From contig NIVC01000262.1 in the NCBI GenBank assembly GCA_002269645.1, positions 62,001-126,000 on the forward strand: a stretch of DNA of 64,000 nucleotides, written 5' to 3'. The position numbers were made by a program, and so were the translations under genes. Shown piece by piece: positions 54,735 through 64,000 of the stretch (positions are counted from its first letter, which is position 1; each line of letters opens with the position of its first letter). Source of the DNA: Macrostomum lignano. Taxonomy: Eukaryota. The notes under the pieces were generated by a model, which searched no databases, was not told where the DNA came from, and was given only the letters and a program-made list of their open reading frames with translations.

Positions 54735-55270
54735 GTCTCCCTCCCCCTCTCCTGTCTCCCTCTCCTGTCTCCCTCCCCCTCTCCTGTCTCCCTCTCCCCT
54801 CTCCTGTCTCCCTCTCCTGTCTCCCTCCCCTCTCCTGTCTCCCTCTCCCTCTCTCCTGTCTCCCTCCCCCCTCTGTCTCCCTCTCCCTCTATCCTATTTC
54901 CCTCTCCCTCTCTCCTGTCTCCCTCTCCTTCTCTCCTGTCTCCCTCTTCCTCTCTCCTGTCTCCCTCTTCCTCTCTCCTGTCTCCCTCTCCTTCTCTCCT
55001 GTCTCCCTCTTCCTCTCTCCTGTCTCCCTCTCCTTCTCTCCTGTCTCCCTCTCCCTCTCCCTCTATCCTATTTCCCTCTCCCTCTCTCCTGTCTCCCTCT
55101 CCTGTCTCTTTCCCTCTCTCCTGTCTCCCCCTCTCCTGTCTCCCTCTCCTGTCTCTTTCCCTCTCTCCTGTCTCCCCCTCTCCTGTCTCCCCCTTTCCTG
55201 TCTCCCTCCCTCTGCTGTATCCCCCATCTCGTGTCTCATCTTGCCTCTCTCCATTTCCTGTCTCCCTCTT
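54735..55270 (+). repeat. pyrimidine-rich (CTCTCCTGTCTCC)-type repeat
   Basis: Seen directly. Confidence 0.92.
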
Positions 55271-55667
55271 CCTCTTTAGCTGTCTTCCTTACGCTTCCGT
55301 ACTATTGCATTTCCATTATTTCGATTTTTCCCACTATATAAAAATTCAGCTTTCCCAAGAAGTGACTCCCAGACAGACAGGGGAAGCATTGGTTGAAAAG
55401 AAAATAATAATGCACTCAACGATTTATTGAACTCTTGATGAGGCGCTGATTTCTGGCTGGAAGAAATTCTGCTCAAAGCTACAACGGAAAATCTGTGGTG
55501 GCACGAGCTGGGAAGAGAAAATTCAATTTTTTTATTCAATTTCTCGAGGGGGGCTGATGAACCAGAGGAAGACTTTACGTACCCCCGGGCTGAGAAGGGC
55601 TTGGCAGCTCAACTGTACGAGACAGTGGGGAGTCAGTCAGACAACTTCTTGTTATGGGCTAGAGAAT

Positions 55668-57020
<1,353 letters not shown>

Positions 57021-57669
57021 CCTTCCTTATTATCGAGTTTCCACATTAGTTAGACACAATCTGACGTGCCCAGCACAGCTCAAAGTCTTCTATAGAAAGC
57101 ACTCAATGCTTTTCGCTGTCAACTTCATTTTCAACAACAAGAAACATTCGAAGCAGAAGTGATGTCTCTTCTTGGAATTTTAGCCATTCCAACAGACCAC
57201 AAGCACGCAGACACTAGATTTGGTCACTGTTTCGAGTGACTCATCGTCCTGGAGATTTCTCTTTGCCCCCTCCCCTGCCCCCACTCCTTACCGAGTTTCT
57301 CAACCTTGCAGTCCTGGCTTCATCTCACAGACTCACCCATGCAGTGTCCGAATGCAAATTGGCTACCAAATGGAGTTAACGCGAAAATTGGTGACCAGGG
57401 CCATAGCGGTGCTGCCTGCTGACTGAGCGGCCGCGACTCGCTCAGGCTTCAAAATGGGATTTGCATGACTTCATCACGGTGCGCAGAGGTCATGTGAGGA
57501 CATTCGGAATACAGAGGGGGGAGAGACCGGGTTAGAGAGTTTCTGACACGGAAATGCTTTCTCTGCGATTCTTGAGACATTGCTGCTGAGTCTGACTGAG
57601 AGTTGCTTGTATGCTATTGCAAGTGAATAGATTGACTGCATGGGTTGAGAAATAAAGAGCGATTGAGAT

Positions 57670-57759
57670 GGAAAATAAGGGACAGACGGAGACAGACGGA
57701 CAGACACTAAGACAAATAGACAGACGTAACAGACAGACAAACAAACAGATAGAGACGGA

Positions 57760-57802
<43 letters not shown>

Positions 57803-57864
57803 CTAAGACAAATAGACAGACGGAACAGAGAGACATACAAAGACATTTAGACAAACTCAAAGAC

Positions 57865-57897
<33 letters not shown>

Positions 57898-57925
57898 GCC
57901 AGCCACACAGACAGACAGACAGACA

Positions 57926-58002
<77 letters not shown>

Positions 58003-58030
58003 GCCAGCCACACAGACAGACAGACAGACA

Positions 58031-58061
<31 letters not shown>

Positions 58062-58062
58062 C

Positions 58063-58125
<63 letters not shown>

Positions 58126-58160
58126 GCCACACAGACAGACAGACAGACAACAGACAGACA

Positions 58161-58235
<75 letters not shown>

Positions 58236-58257
58236 CAGACAGACAGACAGACAGACA

Positions 58258-58309
<52 letters not shown>

Positions 58310-58490
58310 CAGACAGACAGACAGACAGACAGACGACAGACAGACAGACAGACAGACAGACACTAAGACAAATAGACAGACGGAGCAGAGAGACATACAG
58401 ACATTTAGACAAACTCAAAGACAGACAGACAGACAGACATTTAGACAAACTCAAAGACAGACAGACAGACAGACATTTAGACAAACTCAA

Positions 58491-58529
<39 letters not shown>

Positions 58530-58600
58530 TAGACAGACAGACAGACAGACACAGACAGACATACAGACAGACAGACGGACAAAGACAGACAGACAAGAAG
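57670..58600 (+). repeat. (CAGA)n microsatellite with duplicated insert modules
   Basis: Seen directly; CACTAAGACAAATAGAC and GACATTTAGACAAACTCAAAG recur. Confidence 0.95.
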
Positions 58601-59106
58601 GCATTAAGACAGAAAGGCTACTAAGACCCTTAGAAGACAGTCCGAAGTGCCAGGTTTCGCATGTCTCTGCACCGCACAGATGTACCTGGTATTGGTGCAC
58701 TGTAGCAGCACTTGAAGCCTGCATGCGCGGGCAACAGTTGCCCGCCTAAAATCAGTCGGATATTTTTGTTGCCAACTGCGCTACCGCCCGAACTTCGCAC
58801 CTAATTTAGTCGCGCTTCAGGCATGCAATTTTTAACTTATAACAATAAACCGGCTCGAGTTGCCACTAACAACGGGAAAATTTATTTGACCAAAGCTCTA
58901 AATGTCCACGCGGCTGTTTTTGCAGCCGCTGTGTCGGTCAGCCTGGCGAGGTAGCAATTAGCAAGAAAAAGTAAAAAGCTGCCTCACTGACTTTTCTTTC
59001 GCTGCATGGCCAGATAATGACTGTACAGAAATGTGGTTTGCACTTTTAACCTCTTGAAAAAAAGAAACTTATGGTTGTCTAGCTGTTCTGTTCTTTCTTA
59101 CCTGTA

Positions 59107-62100
59107 GGCTAGGTTAGCAATCCATTCTATTCCAATTAATCCATGATTTGGGCTAGGTTAGCAATCCATTCTATTCCAATTAATCCATGATTTTGGCTAG
59201 GTTAGCAATCCATTCTATTCCAATTAATCCATGATTTGGGCTAGGTTAGCAATCCATTCTATTCCAATTAATCCATGATTTGGGCTAGGTTAGCAATCCA
59301 TTCTATTCCAATTAATCCATGATTTGGGCTAGATTAGCAATCCATTCTATTCCAATTAATCCATGATTTGGGCTAGATTAGCAATCCATTCTATTCCAAT
59401 TCATCCATGATTTGGGCTAGATTAGCGATCCATTCTATTCCAATTAATCCATGATTTTGGCTAGGTTAGCAATCCATTCTATTCCAATTAATCCATGATT
59501 TGGGCTAGATTAGCAATCCATTCTATTCCAATTAATCCATGATTTGGGCTAGATTAGCAATCCATTCTATTCCAATTCATCCATGATTTGGGCTAGATTA
59601 GCAATCCATTCTATTCCAATTAATCCATGATTTGGGCTAGATTAGCAATCCATTCTATTCCAATTAATCCATGATTTGGGCTAGATTAGCAATCCATTCT
59701 ATTCCAATTCATCCATGATTTGGGCTAGATTAGCGATCCATTCTATTCCAATTAATCCATGATTTTGGCTAGGTTAGCAATCCATTCTATTCCAATTAAT
59801 CCATGATTTGGGCTAGATTAGCAATCCATTCTATTCCAATTAATCCATGATTTGGGCTAGATTAGCAATCCATTCTATTCCAATTAATCCATGATTTGGG
59901 CTAGATTAGCAATCCATTCTATTCCAATTAATCCATGATTTGGGCTAGATTAGCAATCCATTCTATTCCAATTCATCCATGATTTGGGCTAGATTAGCGA
60001 TCCATTCTATTCCAATTAATCCATGATTTTGGCTAGGTTAGCAATCCATTCTATTCCAATTAATCCATGATTTGGGCTAGATTAGCAATCCATTCTATTC
60101 CAATTAATCCATGATTTGGGCTAGATTAGCAATCCATTCTATTCCAATTAATCCATGATTTGGGCTAGATTAGCAATCCATTCTATTCCAATTCATCCAT
60201 GATTTGGGCTAGATTAGCGATCCATTCTATTCCAATTAATCCATGATTTTGGCTAGGTTAGCAATCCATTCTATTCCAATTAATCCATGATTTGGGCTAG
60301 ATTAGCAATCCATTCTATTCCAATTAATCCATGATTTGGGCTAGATTAGCAATCCATTCTATTCCAATTCATCCATGATTTGGGCTAGATTAGCAATCCA
60401 TTCTATTCCAATTAATCCATGATTTGGGCTAGATTAGCAATCCATTCTATTCCAATTAATCCATGATTTGGGCTAGATTAGCAATCCATTCTATTCCAAT
60501 TCATCCATGATTTGGGCTAGATTAGCGATCCATTCTATTCCAATTAATCCATGATTTTGGCTAGGTTAGCAATCCATTCTATTCCAATTAATCCATGATT
60601 TGGGCTAGATTAGCAATCCATTCTATTCCAATTAATCCATGATTTGGGCTAGATTAGCAATCCATTCTATTCCAATTAATCCATGATTTGGGCTAGATTA
60701 GCAATCCATTCTATTCCAATTAATCCATGATTTGGGCTAGATTAGCAATCCATTCTATTCCAATTCATCCATGATTTGGGCTAGATTAGCGATCCATTCT
60801 ATTCCAATTAATCCATGATTTTGGCTAGGTTAGCAATCCATTCTATTCCAATTAATCCATGATTTGGGCTAGATTAGCAATCCATTCTATTCCAATTAAT
60901 CCATGATTTGGGCTAGATTAGCAATCCATTCTATTCCAATTAATCCATGATTTTGGCTAGGTTAGCAATCCATTCTATTCAAATTCACCCCATGATATTG
61001 GCTAGGTTAGCAATCCATTCTATTCCAATTAATCCATGATATTGGCTAGATTAGCAACCCATTCTATTCCAATTAATCCATGATTTGGGCTAGGTTAGCA
61101 ATCCATTCTATTCCAATTAATCCATGATATTGGCTAGATTAGCAATCCATTCTATTCCAATTAATCCATGATTTTGGCTAGGTTAGCAATCCATTCTATT
61201 CAAATTCACCCCATGATATTGGCTAGGTTAGCAATCCATTCTATTCCAATTAATCCATGATATTGGCTAGATTAGCAACCCATTCTATTCCAATTAATCC
61301 ATGATTTGGGCTAGGTTAGCAATCCATTCTATTCCAATTCATCCATGATTTGGGCTAGGTTAGCAATCCATTCTATTCCAATTCATCCATGATTTTGGCT
61401 AGGTTAGCAATCCATTCTATTCCAATTCATCCCATGATATTGGCTAGATTAGCAATCCATTCTATTCAAATTCATCTCATGATATTGGCTAGGTTAGCAA
61501 TCCATTCTATTCCAATTCATCCATGATTTTGGCTAGGTTAGCAACCCATTCTATTCCAATTAATCCATGATTTTGGCTAGGTTAGCAACCCATTCTATTC
61601 CAATTAATCCATGATTTGGGCTAGGTTAGCAACCCATTCTATTCCAATCAATCCATGATTTTGGCTAGGTTAGCAATCCATTCTATTCCAATTAATCCAT
61701 GATTTTGGCTAGATTAGCAATCCATTCTATTCCAAGTAATCTGGCTAGATTAGCAATCCATTCTATTCCAATTAATCTGGCTAGATTAGCAATCCATTCT
61801 ATTCCAATTAATCCATGATTTTGGCTAGATTAGCAATCCATTCTATTCCAATTCATCCATGATTTGGGCTAGATTAGCAACCCATTCTATTCCAATTAAT
61901 CCATGATTTGGGCTAGATTAGCAATCCATTCTATTCCAATTAATCCATGATTTGGGCTAGATTAGCAATCCATTCTATTCCAATTCATCCATGATTTGGG
62001 CTAGATTAGCAATCCATTCTATTCCAATTAATCCATGATTTGGGCTAGATTAGCAATCCATTCTATTCCAATTCATCCATGATTTGGGCTAGATTAGCAA

Positions 62101-64000
62101 TCCATTCTATTCCAATTCATCCATGATTTGGGCTAGATTAGCGATCCATTCTATTCCAATTAATCCATGATTTTGGCTAGGTTAGCAATCCATTCTATTC
62201 CAATTAATCCATGATTTGGGCTAGATTAGCAATCCATTCTATTCCAATTAATCCATGATTTGGGCTAGATTAGCAATCCATTCTATTCCAATTAATCCAT
62301 GATTTGGGCTAGATTAGCAATCCATTCTATTCCAATTAATCCATGATTTGGGCTAGATTAGCAATCCATTCTATTCCAATTCATCCATGATTTGGGCTAG
62401 ATTAGCGATCCATTCTATTCCAATTAATCCATGATTTTGGCTAGGTTAGCAATCCATTCTATTCCAATTAATCCATGATTTGGGCTAGATTAGCAATCCA
62501 TTCTATTCCAATTAATCCATGATTTGGGCTAGATTAGCAATCCATTCTATTCCAATTAATCCATGATTTTGGCTAGGTTAGCAATCCATTCTATTCAAAT
62601 TCACCCCATGATATTGGCTAGGTTAGCAATCCATTCTATTCCAATTAATCCATGATATTGGCTAGATTAGCAACCCATTCTATTCCAATTAATCCATGAT
62701 TTGGGCTAGGTTAGCAATCCATTCTATTCCAATTCATCCATGATTTGGGCTAGGTTAGCAATCCATTCTATTCCAATTCATCCATGATTTTGGCTAGGTT
62801 AGCAATCCATTCTATTCCAATTCATCCCATGATATTGGCTAGATTAGCAATCCATTCTATTCAAATTCATCTCATGATATTGGCTAGGTTAGCAATCCAT
62901 TCTATTCCAATTCATCCATGATTTTGGCTAGGTTAGCAACCCATTCTATTCCAATTAATCCATGATTTTGGCTAGGTTAGCAACCCATTCTATTCCAATT
63001 AATCCATGATTTGGGCTAGGTTAGCAACCCATTCTATTCCAATCAATCCATGATTTTGGCTAGGTTAGCAATCCATTCTATTCCAATTAATCCATGATTT
63101 TGGCTAGATTAGCAATCCATTCTATTCCAAGTAATCTGGCTAGATTAGCAATCCATTCTATTCCAATTAATCTGGCTAGATTAGCAATCCATTCTATTCC
63201 AATTAATCCATGATTTTGGCTAGATTAGCAATCCATTCTATTCCAATTCATCCATGATTTGGGCTAGATTAGCAACCCATTCTATTCCAATAAATCCATG
63301 ATTTTGGCTAGGTTAGCAATCCATTCTATTCCAATTAATCCATGATTTGGGCTAGATTAGCAATCCATTATATTCCAATTCATCCATGATTTGGGCTAGA
63401 TTAGCGATCCATTCTATTCCAATTCATCCCATGATATTGGCTAGATTAGCAATCCATTCTATTCCAATTAATCCATGATTTTGGCTAGGTTAGCAATCCA
63501 TTCTATTCCAATTCATCCATGATTTGGGCTAGATTAGCAATCCATTCTATTCAAATTCACCCCATGATATTGGCTAGGTTAGCAATCCATTCTATTCAAG
63601 TTCATCTCATGATATTGGCTAGATTAGCAATCCATTCTATTCCAATTCATCCCATGATATTGGCTAGATTAGCAATCCATTCTTTTCCAATTCATCCCAT
63701 GATATTGGCTAGATTAGCAATCCATTCTATTCCAATTAATCCATGATTTTGGCTAGGTTAGCAATCCATTCTATTCCAATTCATCCATGATTTGGGCTAG
63801 ATTAGCAATCCATTCTATTCCAATTCATCCAGGATTTGGGCTAGATTAGCAATCCATTCTATTCCAATTAATCCATGATTTTGGCTAGATTAGCAATCCA
63901 TTCTATTCCAATTAATCCATGATTTTGGCTAGATTAGCAATCCATTCTATTCCAATTAATTCATGATTTTGGCTAGATTAGCAATCCATTCTATTCCAAT
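59107..64000 (+). repeat. 44-bp satellite, >110 copies, higher-order structure, runs off the window
   Basis: Unit GGCTAGATTAGCAATCCATTCTATTCCAATTAATCCATGATTTG. Confidence 0.98.

Overview
Repeat-rich, intron-containing animal DNA. GC-rich exons with Ala/Gln/Ser runs plus (GATA)n/(GACA)n and 20-50 bp satellites resemble a rhabditophoran flatworm such as Macrostomum; this is inference only. Genes reconstructed by hand with frame-consistent GT-AG junctions: a 6-exon ERK5/MAPK7-like kinase with an atypical T-V-Y activation motif (minus, 18214-24601), a 4-exon PrimPol with a 24-bp array inside the reading frame (minus, 29927-33557), a 3-exon STARD7-like START protein (minus, 35052-38450), an intronless tetraspanin with a long C-tail (plus, 11161-12234), an 82-aa secreted prepropeptide (minus, 9770-10018), a divergent RRM-like/RS-rich protein (plus, 46034-48843), a basic low-complexity orphan ORF (plus, 50650-51366) and the 3' part of an unidentified minus-strand gene (53372-54310). 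Mobile DNA: an internally deleted Gypsy LTR element with a 4-bp TSD, Harbinger- and hAT-type MITEs with TSDs, tRNA-derived and CORE-type SINEs, and a 1.5-kb foldback with Helitron-like ends. The most striking pattern is that almost every long intron (and two 3' UTR regions) is filled by its own unrelated tandem array. The window ends in a >4.8-kb 44-bp satellite with higher-order structure. Most long ORFs in the supplied track are artefacts of these repeats. No CRISPR array, rRNA or intact tRNA gene was found.
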